Source: Candidatus Caccenecus avistercoris (lineage in GTDB: Bacteria > Bacillota_I > Bacilli_A > RF39 > UBA660). From it: 50,252 nucleotides of DNA. The DNA is taken from contig DVJF01000036.1 of NCBI GenBank assembly GCA_018716965.1, positions 1 to 50,252 of the forward strand, given 5' to 3'. Positions 19,055-29,659 of the stretch are shown here, piece by piece. The number at the start of each line of letters is the position of its first letter. Position 1 is the stretch's first letter. The translations under genes were made by a program, and so were the position numbers. The notes under the pieces are model-generated. The model worked only from the letters and a program-made list of their open reading frames with translations. It was not told the origin of the DNA and made no database searches.

Positions 19055-20832
19055 TGGTTCTTACTTTTATACTTATAGGAGCTATTTGTGTAATATGGTT
19101 AGCTTTAGTACTTGCCCCATGTATGAACAATGGTTTAATATCATTTTTAAATCAAATTTCAGAAGTAGACTATTTTAATATTACTTTTAGTAGTAATTCT
19201 ATTAAGATAGTCTTTCTTTTTTTATTGGTTTATTTTTTGTGTATAACTTATTATTTATCCACAAAAAAAAATTATCGCAGAAAAGTGGAGTATGGTTCCG
19301 CAAAATGGGGTAATATTAAAAATATTAATAGAAAATACAAACAATCTGCTGTTTCTAATAATCTCATCTTAACTTCTCAAGTAAGACTTGGTTTAAATGG
19401 AATGAAGCATAGAAGAAACTTAAATGTTTTGGTTATAGGTGGAAGTGGAGCTGGTAAAACTAGATTTTATTGTAAGCCAAATATCATGCAATGTAATTCT
19501 TCTTATATTATATTAGATCCTAAAGGTGAGCTAATTCGTAGCTTAGGTAGTTTATTAGAAGAAAGAGGTTATAATGTAAAGGTTTTAGATTTAATAAACA
19601 TGGATAAAAGTAATGGTTATAATCCATTTGTTTATTTTCAAACTGATAATGATATTCAGAGGCTTGTTACGAGTTACTTTAAGGCTACTACCCCTAAAAA
19701 CTCATCTTCCAATGATCCCTTTTGGGATACTGCAGCTCAAATGCTTTTTTCTGCTTTAATTTATTATTTATGGTATGAAGCACCAGCTGAAGAACAAAAT
19801 TTTGATATGGTAATGGAAATGCTACGTGCTGGTGAAGTTAAAGAAGATGATGACTATTATTTAAGTCCTCTTGATATTTTATTTAATCAACTAGAAGCAA
19901 GAGATTCAGAACATATTGCAGTTAAATATTATAAAAATTATCGTTCGGGTTCGGCAAAAACTTTAAAATCTATTCAAATTACTCTAGCCAGTCGATTAGA
20001 AAAGTTTAATATTCCTGAATTTGCTTTTTTAACTATGTTTGATGAACTAAATTTAACTAGTATAGGTGAAAGAAAGACAGCTTTATTTGCTATTATTCCT
20101 GACAATGACACTAGCTTTAATTTTCTAATTAGCATTCTTTACACCCAATTATTTCAACAATTATTTTTTCTTGCCGATAATAAATACCATGGTAGTTTAC
20201 CTATTAATGTCCATTTTGTGATGGACGAATTTGCAAATGTATCACTTCCTGACGATTTTGATAAAATTCTTTCTGTTATGCGATCAAGAAATGTGTCTGT
20301 TAGCATTATTCTTCAAAACTTATCTCAATTAAAGAGCTTATTTGAAAAACAATGGGAAAGTATTGTTGGAAACTGTGATACTTTTTTGTACTTAGGTGGT
20401 AATGAACAAAGTACCCATAAATACGTTAGTGAATTACTTGGTAAAGAAACTATTGATTTTGATAATCATAGTAAGAGTTTAGGACAATCATCTAGTTATT
20501 CTACCAATTATCAAGCTACAGGAAGAGAGCTTTTAACACCTGAAGAAGTGAGAATGTTAAATAATGATAAAGTGGTTCTTTTTATACGTGGGGAAGCTCC
20601 TATCATTGATTCTAAATATGATATTACAAAACACCCTAATTATAAAAATATAGCCGATAGTAATAAAAAGATTTATGAGTATGGCGATTCTGATAGAGCT
20701 ATTGCCACTATATCTATTGATACTTCTAATAATAGCTCTAATTTAGAAACTTTTAAAGTTTCCGAAAATAGTGATTATTACTTAATATCTTCTGAAGAAT
20801 TAGAAGATTTTTTTATGAAAGGAATGATGTGA
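19054..20832 (+). CDS. virD4: Type IV coupling protein VirD4/TraG
   Basis: Two N-terminal TMs, YGSAKWG, GGSGAGKT, DPKGE, MDEFAN, RELLTPEEV. Confidence 0.96.
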   Translation: MVLTFILIGAICVIWLALVLAPCMNNGLISFLNQISEVDYFNITFSSNSIKIVFLFLLVYFLCITYYLSTKKNYRRKVEYGSAKWGNIKNINRKYKQSAVSNNLILTSQVRLGLNGMKHRRNLNVLVIGGSGAGKTRFYCKPNIMQCNSSYIILDPKGELIRSLGSLLEERGYNVKVLDLINMDKSNGYNPFVYFQTDNDIQRLVTSYFKATTPKNSSSNDPFWDTAAQMLFSALIYYLWYEAPAEEQNFDMVMEMLRAGEVKEDDDYYLSPLDILFNQLEARDSEHIAVKYYKNYRSGSAKTLKSIQITLASRLEKFNIPEFAFLTMFDELNLTSIGERKTALFAIIPDNDTSFNFLISILYTQLFQQLFFLADNKYHGSLPINVHFVMDEFANVSLPDDFDKILSVMRSRNVSVSIILQNLSQLKSLFEKQWESIVGNCDTFLYLGGNEQSTHKYVSELLGKETIDFDNHSKSLGQSSSYSTNYQATGRELLTPEEVRMLNNDKVVLFIRGEAPIIDSKYDITKHPNYKNIADSNKKIYEYGDSDRAIATISIDTSNNSSNLETFKVSENSDYYLISSEELEDFFMKGMM

Positions 20833-21146
20833 TGAATAAATTTAAAAATAAAATTTTAAAATATTATAATTGCTTTGTAGTTTTTGCTACCTCCTTTTCT
20901 TGCTTATGCTTAAATGTCTTTGCAGAAGAAGAAGATCCCTTATCTGTAGTTAATAATTTATCCGATTTTATTTTTACTTTAATGAGAGGTATTGGACTTA
21001 TTGTAACTGGTTATGGTATTTTACAGATAGGATTATCTTTTAAAAGTCATGATCCATCTCAAAGAGCTGAAGCAATGATGGTTATCGGTGGAGGTATTAT
21101 TATTACTTTTGCTAAACCTATTCTCAATATAATAATGGGTGGTTAG
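20829..21146 (+). CDS. VirB2/Maff2-like conjugation membrane protein
   Basis: DPLSVVNNLSDF...GLSFKSHDPSQR; position after virD4. Confidence 0.8.
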   Translation: MMNKFKNKILKYYNCFVVFATSFSCLCLNVFAEEEDPLSVVNNLSDFIFTLMRGIGLIVTGYGILQIGLSFKSHDPSQRAEAMMVIGGGIIITFAKPILNIIMGG

Positions 21147-21989
21147 ATGTTTATTGCTAGTAATTGGGTAGTTGATAATCTAAATAATGCTTTAAATACA
21201 TGGAATGATAAATTAGCTGAAATTTGGAATTTAATTACTCTTTCACCTGACCAATTCAAAGATGGTGTTATTTGGGAAGTAATGACTAATATTTTTAATT
21301 CTTTACAAGCCATTGCACTAGCATTATTAGTTCTTTTCTTTGTGGTTGGTTTAGTCAGAACTTGTAGTTCTTTTACCGAGCTAAAAAAACCAGAACATGT
21401 ATTTAAATCTTTTATACGTTTTGCTATTGCTAAAGGGTTAGTTACTTATGGAATGGAATTACTTTTAGCTATTTTTAAAATTTGTCATGGAGTTACAAAT
21501 ACAATTATTAATTCCGCTCATTTTGCCAGCACTAATCAAACTTTTCTTCCTTTAGAAATAATTACTGCAATAGAAAATTGTAGCTTTTTAGAGAGTATAC
21601 CTTTATGGCTAGTTACCTTACTAGGCTCTATACTAGTAACTGTTCTTTCATTTATTATGATTATGACTGTTTATTCTAGGTTTTTTAAGATATATATGTA
21701 TACTGCTATTTCCCCTCTTGCTTTTTCTACTTCTGCTGGTGAATCGAGTGATTTTGTTTGCAAAAACTTTGTTAAAGTTTACTTTTCAATATGTTTAGAG
21801 GGTGCAATTATTGTTTTAGCTTGCATCATTTTTTCCTTATTAGCTGGAACTCCTCCAGTTATTGACTCAAGTGTTAGTGCTGTAACTATGGTTTGGAGTT
21901 ATATTGGTGAATTAGTATTTAATATGTTGATTTTAGTCGGTACGATTCGTTTAGCTGATCGTGTTGTAAAGGAGATGATGGGACTATGA
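21147..21989 (+). CDS. VirB6-like polytopic conjugation membrane protein
   Basis: Multiple TMs, VYSRFFKIYMYTAISP motif, operon position. Confidence 0.85.
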   Translation: MFIASNWVVDNLNNALNTWNDKLAEIWNLITLSPDQFKDGVIWEVMTNIFNSLQAIALALLVLFFVVGLVRTCSSFTELKKPEHVFKSFIRFAIAKGLVTYGMELLLAIFKICHGVTNTIINSAHFASTNQTFLPLEIITAIENCSFLESIPLWLVTLLGSILVTVLSFIMIMTVYSRFFKIYMYTAISPLAFSTSAGESSDFVCKNFVKVYFSICLEGAIIVLACIIFSLLAGTPPVIDSSVSAVTMVWSYIGELVFNMLILVGTIRLADRVVKEMMGL

Positions 21990-22039
21990 ATATAAAAAAA
22001 GGCAGAATAAAATTTGAAGATAAAGAAAGGTAGGTTTTT

Positions 22040-22984
22040 ATGAATAATGATATAAAAAATGATATTGAAAATGTAATTAAAAATGATGAAAGCTATCATG
22101 ATTGTGAAATTGATTATATTTTGATTAGAGATAATGATATTTATGCAGTAGCAAGTAACTATGATTTATATATTGAATTCGATTATGAAAAAGGTGCATT
22201 GCCTAAAGATTTTCGCTCTATAGGTGAATGGGCTTATGATTTCGATTCTTATTTTTTTGATTATCTTGAAAGAGGCTATAAAATTGCTTATATAAGTGAT
22301 GATAGCCATTATAATTTGTGGACAACGATTGGTGAGCAATATCTTTATGAGAAAATGGACGAGAATCTTGGAATTAGAAAATATTTTGAATATTGTGATC
22401 ACAGCAATATTACAAAAGAATATTTAAAAAACAGATGCAACTATCAATATGTTGATATTATGAAATATTATGACTATGGTCTTAAATTTATTAGAAGAGG
22501 TTTTAGGAATGATGAGCCTGTTGCTCTTGTAGAAAAGCATACCACTTACAAACATGAATATATTATTGGCATAAATTATTCTATTAAAGATAATAAAATT
22601 ATTTGGGGAAATGGGTATTATTATGATAAAGATATTGAAAAAGCAAATAGAGATTTTTCCAAATTGTTAGTGGGTGGTAATTTAGTAGATACTTTCTCTG
22701 AAGATGATAAAACTTTTGATAATGGCAAGATTATTAATCACGGAGTTAGAGAACGAATTATTAACGATAACTCTAAAGAGGTACAGGCAGTTGCTTTAAT
22801 AGAACAAACAACTAAAACGGGAAAAGATTACTTAGTTGCTATCAATACTAAAATAAATAATAATAGTATTGAATACGAATATGCAAGTCATTTTGGAAAT
22901 GATAAAGCAACTGCAAGATTATATTACAATAAGGTTTTAGATAATAACTTTAAAAGTAAAAAAAGAAGTGAAATAGAAAGGTGA
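22040..22984 (+). CDS. Hypothetical protein with duplicated C-terminal domain
   Basis: SD GAAAGGTAGG; two VAL.E...Y....N..I repeats; basic tail ending ER. Confidence 0.75.
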   Translation: MNNDIKNDIENVIKNDESYHDCEIDYILIRDNDIYAVASNYDLYIEFDYEKGALPKDFRSIGEWAYDFDSYFFDYLERGYKIAYISDDSHYNLWTTIGEQYLYEKMDENLGIRKYFEYCDHSNITKEYLKNRCNYQYVDIMKYYDYGLKFIRRGFRNDEPVALVEKHTTYKHEYIIGINYSIKDNKIIWGNGYYYDKDIEKANRDFSKLLVGGNLVDTFSEDDKTFDNGKIINHGVRERIINDNSKEVQAVALIEQTTKTGKDYLVAINTKINNNSIEYEYASHFGNDKATARLYYNKVLDNNFKSKKRSEIER

Positions 22985-22991
22985 TGATTAA

Positions 22992-23447
22992 ATGGGTGTT
23001 GAATTAATTAAATCAATGACTTATCGTAATAATAAAGTTTATACTAGACAATGCAGTAGTAATGTGACTCCAAGATTATTTTATAGTATGGAACGTGTTG
23101 GACTTTCAAATATGTATCAAAAACTCGGAGAACACGAATTTGAAAAGTGGTTTTATATTCATTCCTTAATGCAAGGTAATTATAAAATTGTTGAAGGTAG
23201 TAATAAAATACTAAAAAGATTAAGTTATATAGTTAGTTTATTATATTCCGATAAAAAATATATTCAGTTATGTAATCAAAATGACAAAGCATATGAAAAA
23301 TTAATACAAGCTAAAACTGAACAGGAAAAAAAACTTGCTTCTAAAGAACATCAAAAAACCAAAGAAGCTATGGAAAATTATATGTCTGATTTTTATGATG
23401 ATCATATAGCTAGGATTAAGAGTTATACGTTAGAGAGGAGTAGATAA
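22992..23447 (+). CDS. Hypothetical protein
   Basis: SD GAAAGGTGA; tight operon packing. Confidence 0.75.
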   Translation: MGVELIKSMTYRNNKVYTRQCSSNVTPRLFYSMERVGLSNMYQKLGEHEFEKWFYIHSLMQGNYKIVEGSNKILKRLSYIVSLLYSDKKYIQLCNQNDKAYEKLIQAKTEQEKKLASKEHQKTKEAMENYMSDFYDDHIARIKSYTLERSR

Positions 23448-23449
23448 TT

Positions 23450-23785
23450 TTGGAAATTAAAATTAATAAGGAAATAAAAAATTATTCAGAAAAAGTATAT
23501 TTTGGACTTACAATGCGACAATTTATATTTACAATAATAGCTTGTGTTATGGCAATAATAACGTATTTTGTATTTAATAATATCTTGAATAAAGAATTAA
23601 TATCTTGGTTATGTATTTTTAGTACATTACCATTTTTTTTCTTTGGCTTTTTTAATTATAATGGATTAAATGCTGAAATGTTTTTACTTGCTTTTATTAA
23701 ATGTAAGTTTTTAATTCCTAAAAAATTAAAGTTTAAAAATTTTAATTTGTATTATGAGTTATTGGTGATGAAAAATGTTAAGTAA
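23450..23785 (+). CDS. prgI: PrgI-family (VirB3-like) protein
   Basis: MEIKINKEIKNYSEKVYFGLTMRQ, two TMs, YNGL. Confidence 0.92.
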   Translation: MEIKINKEIKNYSEKVYFGLTMRQFIFTIIACVMAIITYFVFNNILNKELISWLCIFSTLPFFFFGFFNYNGLNAEMFLLAFIKCKFLIPKKLKFKNFNLYYELLVMKNVK

Positions 23786-26093
23786 AAAAAAGAATAAAAG
23801 TAATAATAACTTTAGTTTTTCTATCCCTAGAAGTGTACAAGATGTTATTCCTGTTGTAAAAATTTTTGATGATGGTATTTTTTTAGTTGGTAAAGATACT
23901 TATACTAAATCTTTTAAATTTAGCGATATAAATTATGTAAGTGCTAGTAAAGCTGATAAAGAGGCTATCCTTTTAAAATATTGTGAACTTTTAAATAGTT
24001 TGGATATATCGGCAACTTTCAAAATTACTTTGCATAATCATACTCATAATAAGGCTGAATTTCAAAAAAATGTGTTACTAAGTTATCAAAACGATGATTT
24101 AGATAATTTTAGAAAACAATATAATGAAATGCTATCTTATAAAACTTTATATCAAAATAATATTACTCAAGATAGATATATTATAGTTACTATAAATAAA
24201 AAAACGATTGATGAGGCAAGAACTTATTTTCAACGAATAGAAGTTGAGCTTACTTCTTCTTTTTCACAATTAGGTTCTTCTCTTGAACCCATTTCTTTAA
24301 ATAAAAGATTAGAACTTTTATATAATTTTTATAATCCTAACATTGAAGATTTCCAATTTAATCTTATTAACGAAAGAAAATTAGGACATAGTTTTAAAGA
24401 TAAAATTTGCCCTGAATCTTTTGAAATAAAAGATGATTATTTTAAGACTGGTACTACTTTTGGTAGAGTACTTTTTTTAAAGAACTATGCTACTTATATG
24501 AAAGACTCTTTAATTAAAGAACTAACTGAATTAAACAAAAACTTAATGTTAAGCATTGATATTATGCCTGTCGATACTGCCCAGGCTATCAAAGAAGTAG
24601 AAAAAAGGTGTATGAATGTTGAAACAAATATTGCTACATGGCAAAGACATCAAAATTATAGAAATAATTTTAGTGCAGTTATTCCCTATGAACTTGAGCA
24701 ACAAAGAATTGAAAGTAAAGAGTTTTTAAATGATTTAACTACGAGGGATCAAAAGATGTTTATTACTACTTTAACTTTAGTTCATTTGGCAGAAACAATG
24801 GAACAACTAGATAATGACACCGATACCTTAATAAATATCGCCAATAAATATTCTTGTCAGCTATCTATCTTGAGATACCAACAATTAGATGCTCTACAGA
24901 CAGTACTCCCACTTGGAGTTAGGAACATTTCTGCTTTGCGAACTTTAACTACTGAATCTTTAGCTTCTCTTAATTTTTTTAAAACACAAGAGATAAGCCA
25001 TAAGGGTGGTATTTTTTATGGGCAAAATTACATTAGTAAAAATAATATTATAATTGATAGAAGAAAGTTAGCTAATGGTAATGCTTTTATTTTAGGTTCT
25101 AGTGGCTTCGGTAAATCCTTTGCAGCCAAACATGAAATACTATCCATTGCATTAAGTGATTCTAATGCTGATATTATTATAATTGATCCTGAAGCAGAAT
25201 ACTCTAAGTTAATTGGTTCTTTAGGTGGACAGGTTATCAAGATTTCATCTACTAGTGATAATCATATTAATGCTTTGGATATTAATATGAATTATAGTGA
25301 TAGTTCTAACCCTATTACCTTAAAATCTGAATTTATTTTATCTCTGTGTGAGATTTTATTAGGAACTCTTAACCCTATCCAAAAATCTATTGTTGATCGG
25401 TGTACTTCTTCTGTTTATAGAAATTATTTACAAAGTAATTATAAAACTACTCCCCCTACTCTTGTTGATTTTCATCAAGAATTACTTAATCAGCCTGAAG
25501 ATGAAGCTAAAGATATAGCTCTCGCTTTAGAGATATTTACAAATGGTACTTTGAACACTTTTGCTTATCAAACTAATGTTGACCTTAATAAAAGAATAAT
25601 AAGTTTTGATATTTCTGAATTGAGTTCTCAACTTCGAGCTTTGGGAATGTTAGTTGTTCTTGATTCAATTTTAAATAGAATTACCAAAAATAGAGCTAAT
25701 AAAAGAAATACTTATATTTATATTGATGAAGTTTATTTAATGTTTTTATATGAATATGCAGCGAACTTCTTATTCACTCTTTATAAAAGAGCCCGAAAGT
25801 ATGGGGCAATGATTACTGGTATTACACAAAATGTGGAAGATATCTTACAAAGTCATGTTGCAAGAACTATGTTAGCTAATAGTGAGTTTCTTTTAATTTT
25901 TAATCAATCATCTACTGATAAAATTGAACTCGCAAAATTACTAAATATATCTGAATTGCAAATGAGTTATGTTTCTAAAAGTAGTGTAGGAAATGCACTA
26001 ATGAAAGTTGGTGGAGTGTTAATTCCATTTAATAATTTATATCCTAAAGGTGAACTTTATAAAATGATGACATCTAAAATGAGCGAAGTATAA
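23775..26093 (+). CDS. virB4: VirB4-like conjugative ATPase
   Basis: GSSGFGKS, IDPEAEY, YIDEVY, RARKYG, ITQN. Confidence 0.96.
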   Translation: MLSKKKNKSNNNFSFSIPRSVQDVIPVVKIFDDGIFLVGKDTYTKSFKFSDINYVSASKADKEAILLKYCELLNSLDISATFKITLHNHTHNKAEFQKNVLLSYQNDDLDNFRKQYNEMLSYKTLYQNNITQDRYIIVTINKKTIDEARTYFQRIEVELTSSFSQLGSSLEPISLNKRLELLYNFYNPNIEDFQFNLINERKLGHSFKDKICPESFEIKDDYFKTGTTFGRVLFLKNYATYMKDSLIKELTELNKNLMLSIDIMPVDTAQAIKEVEKRCMNVETNIATWQRHQNYRNNFSAVIPYELEQQRIESKEFLNDLTTRDQKMFITTLTLVHLAETMEQLDNDTDTLINIANKYSCQLSILRYQQLDALQTVLPLGVRNISALRTLTTESLASLNFFKTQEISHKGGIFYGQNYISKNNIIIDRRKLANGNAFILGSSGFGKSFAAKHEILSIALSDSNADIIIIDPEAEYSKLIGSLGGQVIKISSTSDNHINALDINMNYSDSSNPITLKSEFILSLCEILLGTLNPIQKSIVDRCTSSVYRNYLQSNYKTTPPTLVDFHQELLNQPEDEAKDIALALEIFTNGTLNTFAYQTNVDLNKRIISFDISELSSQLRALGMLVVLDSILNRITKNRANKRNTYIYIDEVYLMFLYEYAANFLFTLYKRARKYGAMITGITQNVEDILQSHVARTMLANSEFLLIFNQSSTDKIELAKLLNISELQMSYVSKSSVGNALMKVGGVLIPFNNLYPKGELYKMMTSKMSEV

Positions 26094-27514
26094 TGTTAGA
26101 AAATATTTCTGATAAATCAATTAAAACATTTGACAGAGCTACTACTTTTGCAGAAAATTATAAAGATAATATCTCTTATAAATATGAAGAAAGTAGTAGT
26201 TCTTCTAATGCTAATAATTTTGCTACTAATCAAACTGAAAATATGGTTAGTAAAGTAACTCATTCTACTGTTAATTTTGCTCATTCTTTGGGAAATATTG
26301 CAATTAGCAATGTAAAAAATAGCTTTTCTAATATTAAAAATGTATTTTCTACTAAAAAAAATTTAAAGACAGTAAATTATTTAAAAAATGTTGCTACTGT
26401 TGAAAAAGAAACAATAGAAATTGCCCAGCGAAATACTAGAACTTTCAGAAGTATAGTTAAAGATCGTATACGTAATATTTTAATTGCCACTAAAATAACT
26501 GGCATAATTATTAAAGCAATTTTCTCAGTTTTTCAATTTTTATTTTGGATTTTATTTGCTCTTTTTGGTATAGTTTTTATTGCTATTCTTTTTATTGCAA
26601 TAATTCTTTTATTATTGTTCTCTATTTATGGAATTTTCTTTTCTAATGAGGAAATAGTAGATAATAATATTGTAATGCCCGAAGTAGTAGATATTTTAAA
26701 TGATGAATTAGATAGTCAAATTGAAAATATAAAAGCTAGTAATGTATATGATGATTGTTATATAACTTATAATAAAACTGCATGGGAAGAGTTATTGGCA
26801 GTTTATGCAGTTAAAACGTATCATACTGGAAATAATCTTTTAACTGTAGATGATGTTGATTTAGAAGAATTAAAATCAATGTTTTGGGAAATGAATGTGA
26901 TTACCTATGAATTATTGGAGGAAACTGATGATAATGGGAATATTTTTAATAATCTCTATATAAATATTGATGGTAAAAGTGCTTATGATTATGCTGTTGT
27001 ATATAATTTTACAGATATTCAAATTAGACAATTAAACGAATTGTTAGATGTTGATAAAAGTATTTGGTTACCAGTTATTTATGGTGTAAATAGTAGCAAT
27101 GAGTTTGTTTCTCTTGCTTTGGCACAAGTTGGAAATACTGGGGAAGAATATTGGGGTTGGTATGGTTTTGATTCAGAAGTTGATTGGTGTGCTATATTTG
27201 TATCATGGTTGGCTGATAAAGTTGGATATTTAGATACTTATACATTACCTCGATTTTCTGTGGTTAGTGATGGTATTGAATGGTTTAAATCACAGAATTT
27301 ATGGGAAGAAAATACTTATACTCCTAATCCTGGCGATATTATATTTTTTGACTGGGAAGCTGATGGAAAACCTAATCATGTTGGAATAGTTGAAAGGGTT
27401 GATAATGACATTGTTTATACTATTGAAGGAAATTCTACTGATGGTATTTGTAGGCAAAAAGAATATTCAATATATAATGAGGTAATTTATGGATATGGCA
27501 TTCTTAGATATTAA
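26093..27514 (+). CDS. Conjugative cell-wall hydrolase with TM anchor and CHAP domain
   Basis: WCAIFVSW, PGDIIFFDW, HVGIVE, TIEGN. Confidence 0.9.
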   Translation: MLENISDKSIKTFDRATTFAENYKDNISYKYEESSSSSNANNFATNQTENMVSKVTHSTVNFAHSLGNIAISNVKNSFSNIKNVFSTKKNLKTVNYLKNVATVEKETIEIAQRNTRTFRSIVKDRIRNILIATKITGIIIKAIFSVFQFLFWILFALFGIVFIAILFIAIILLLLFSIYGIFFSNEEIVDNNIVMPEVVDILNDELDSQIENIKASNVYDDCYITYNKTAWEELLAVYAVKTYHTGNNLLTVDDVDLEELKSMFWEMNVITYELLEETDDNGNIFNNLYINIDGKSAYDYAVVYNFTDIQIRQLNELLDVDKSIWLPVIYGVNSSNEFVSLALAQVGNTGEEYWGWYGFDSEVDWCAIFVSWLADKVGYLDTYTLPRFSVVSDGIEWFKSQNLWEENTYTPNPGDIIFFDWEADGKPNHVGIVERVDNDIVYTIEGNSTDGICRQKEYSIYNEVIYGYGILRY

Positions 27515-27549
27515 AAATCATTAAATAAAAAACTATGATGAAATTAGTT

Positions 27550-28242
27550 TTATTCATCATAGTTTTTTTTACCTTTATACGTCGTAATATTTCCATCATC
27601 AAGTTCTAATATTATATCAGCATATTGATTAATTTCATCACTATGTGATACTACAATTACACATTTTCCTTTATTAGCCAATTTTTTTAATTCTTGAAGT
27701 ACTACTTTTTCATTTTTCTTATCTAAATTTCCTGTTGGTTCATCTGCTAAAATTATTTTTGGATCATTTGCTAATGCTCTGGCAATAGCAACTCTTCCTA
27801 ATTCACCGCCAGACAATTCTTTTGGATAGTGGTCTATTCTATCTTTTAAGCCTAGGCTTTCTAATAGGCAATTTGCTTTATTTTTTCTATCTTCTTTACT
27901 GATATTGTGATTAATCAGCATTGGAAGTATAACATTATCAATAGCACTTAAATATGGATCCAAATTAAAATCTTGGAAAATAAATCCTATGTATTTCATT
28001 CGTAGATTAGACAATTCTTTATCATTCATTTCAGATACTCTTTTGTTGTTTATGTAGTATTCTCCACTACTACATTGTTCTATTAATCCCATAATTTTAA
28101 TCAGAGTACTCTTACCACTTCCAGAATGACCTTTAATTGCATAAATTTTTCCTTCTTTGAATGTGTAAGTTATATTTTTTAAAACATTTATTTCTTTGCT
28201 TCCTTTTTTAAAGTTTTTGGATATATTTTTGAGTATTAACAT
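27550..28242 (-). CDS. ABC transporter ATP-binding protein (LolD/MacB type)
   Basis: GHSGSGKST, LSGGE, ILADEPTGNLD. Confidence 0.95.
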   Translation of the reverse strand: MLILKNISKNFKKGSKEINVLKNITYTFKEGKIYAIKGHSGSGKSTLIKIMGLIEQCSSGEYYINNKRVSEMNDKELSNLRMKYIGFIFQDFNLDPYLSAIDNVILPMLINHNISKEDRKNKANCLLESLGLKDRIDHYPKELSGGELGRVAIARALANDPKIILADEPTGNLDKKNEKVVLQELKKLANKGKCVIVVSHSDEINQYADIILELDDGNITTYKGKKNYDE

Positions 28243-29174
28243 ATTTTTCTCCTTTTTCTTAAATAAATAATATTATATATTAGATTTATAAATTGAAATA
28301 ATATTACTAATTGTAAAATATAAATGCTTTCTAATTTGATATTAATATTTATCATATTTAGATATATTTTGCTTATATTATATAACATAAGGCTAAATAT
28401 TAGGGATAAACAAAATATAACTAAAATTTTAATATTATTTAATAAAAATAATTTTTGCTTGTTATATCCCAGTCTATATAAAATTTGATTAAAATTTTTA
28501 TCATCATTAAAAATGTTTATTAATGTGATAACGTACAGAATTATGAAAATTATCAAAATACATAAAATAATTGCGTTCAATGTATATATTATAGTTACTA
28601 AATTTGAATTGGGAATCTTTTCGATTGATTCTATAATTCCATATTTTTCATTTAAACTTGTATTTTTTTGTAATTTATTTATGACTTTTTCCTTGTTTAA
28701 CCAATTTTCCAAAGTTAATTTATATTCTCTTGAGCTATTTTCTTCTTTTAAAAGATTGTAAGATTTTTTTGAAATATATCCTACATTGTACAATATATTT
28801 TCTGATTCCTTTATGAAAAAGCTATTGTCATTTATCATTAAAATATCATTGTTTATTTTTTCTTTTAAGAAAGGTGATAATACAACTTCATTATCTTTTA
28901 AAGTGGTATCAATTTTTAGAATTAGAAATTCATTATTTGTTTCGATTGCTAGATTTTCTTCTATAACTTCTATTTCTTTTATCTTTTCAATTTCACTAAA
29001 ATTGTTTTTATTTAAAATAATACTTAAATACGAATTTTCATATTCTTGTTGTAGTAAGTTATGATAATTTTCATTGATTCCCTTTATTAACCATATTCCC
29101 AGTAAGAATAACGTTATTAAAATAATATAAATTTTAGTTGTTGGTTTTCGTAAAAAACTTTTATATATTTGCAT
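28236..29174 (-). CDS. FtsX-like ABC permease
   Basis: TM, large extracellular loop, three TMs with LYRLGY motif. Confidence 0.78.
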   Translation of the reverse strand: MQIYKSFLRKPTTKIYIILITLFLLGIWLIKGINENYHNLLQQEYENSYLSIILNKNNFSEIEKIKEIEVIEENLAIETNNEFLILKIDTTLKDNEVVLSPFLKEKINNDILMINDNSFFIKESENILYNVGYISKKSYNLLKEENSSREYKLTLENWLNKEKVINKLQKNTSLNEKYGIIESIEKIPNSNLVTIIYTLNAIILCILIIFIILYVITLINIFNDDKNFNQILYRLGYNKQKLFLLNNIKILVIFCLSLIFSLMLYNISKIYLNMININIKLESIYILQLVILFQFINLIYNIIYLRKRRKIC

Positions 29175-29206
29175 ATTTATTCCTCTTAAATTTAAATTTT
29201 GTTATT

Positions 29207-29232
29207 AAAAGGAAGATTTTGATCTTCCTTTT
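29207..29232 (-). terminator. Intra-operon hairpin/terminator after the secreted protein gene
   Basis: AAAAGGAAGAT-tttg-ATCTTCCTTTT. Confidence 0.7.
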
Positions 29233-29620
29233 AATTGACACTATAACTTTCATATAATGCTTGGCTTGTTCCGCCTGAGTAATAACTCATTTTAAATCTA
29301 ACGGTTTTTCCATTACCTGCATTTGTGAAGATATTAACTACTTGAAGTGTATCTTTTTTTAGTGTATTTATCTGACTACTAGTATCAGAGTAGAAGATTA
29401 AGCCTTTTGTTTGTAATGTATCTTTAAAAGATGATGTTGTAGTTGTTCCATTATTACTAAAAGATATAACAACATTTTTATTTGTGTGTTTTGTTCCAGC
29501 AGTTGTAACAGAATCCCCTTTTGCCAGATAAATACCACCGCTTGTATCAGCATTAACAAGCATAAATACACTTAGAAATACTACACAAATTGTTCCAACA
29601 TACATTAAAGTTTTTTTCAT
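29231..29620 (-). CDS. Small secreted protein
   Basis: Signal peptide ending VNA; strong SD AGAGGAGG; ~105-aa T/S/G-rich mature part. Confidence 0.85.
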   Translation of the reverse strand: MKKTLMYVGTICVVFLSVFMLVNADTSGGIYLAKGDSVTTAGTKHTNKNVVISFSNNGTTTTSSFKDTLQTKGLIFYSDTSSQINTLKKDTLQVVNIFTNAGNGKTVRFKMSYYSGGTSQALYESYSVN

Positions 29621-29659
29621 GCTTCCTCCTTTCTATTAATAATATTTATAAATATATTA

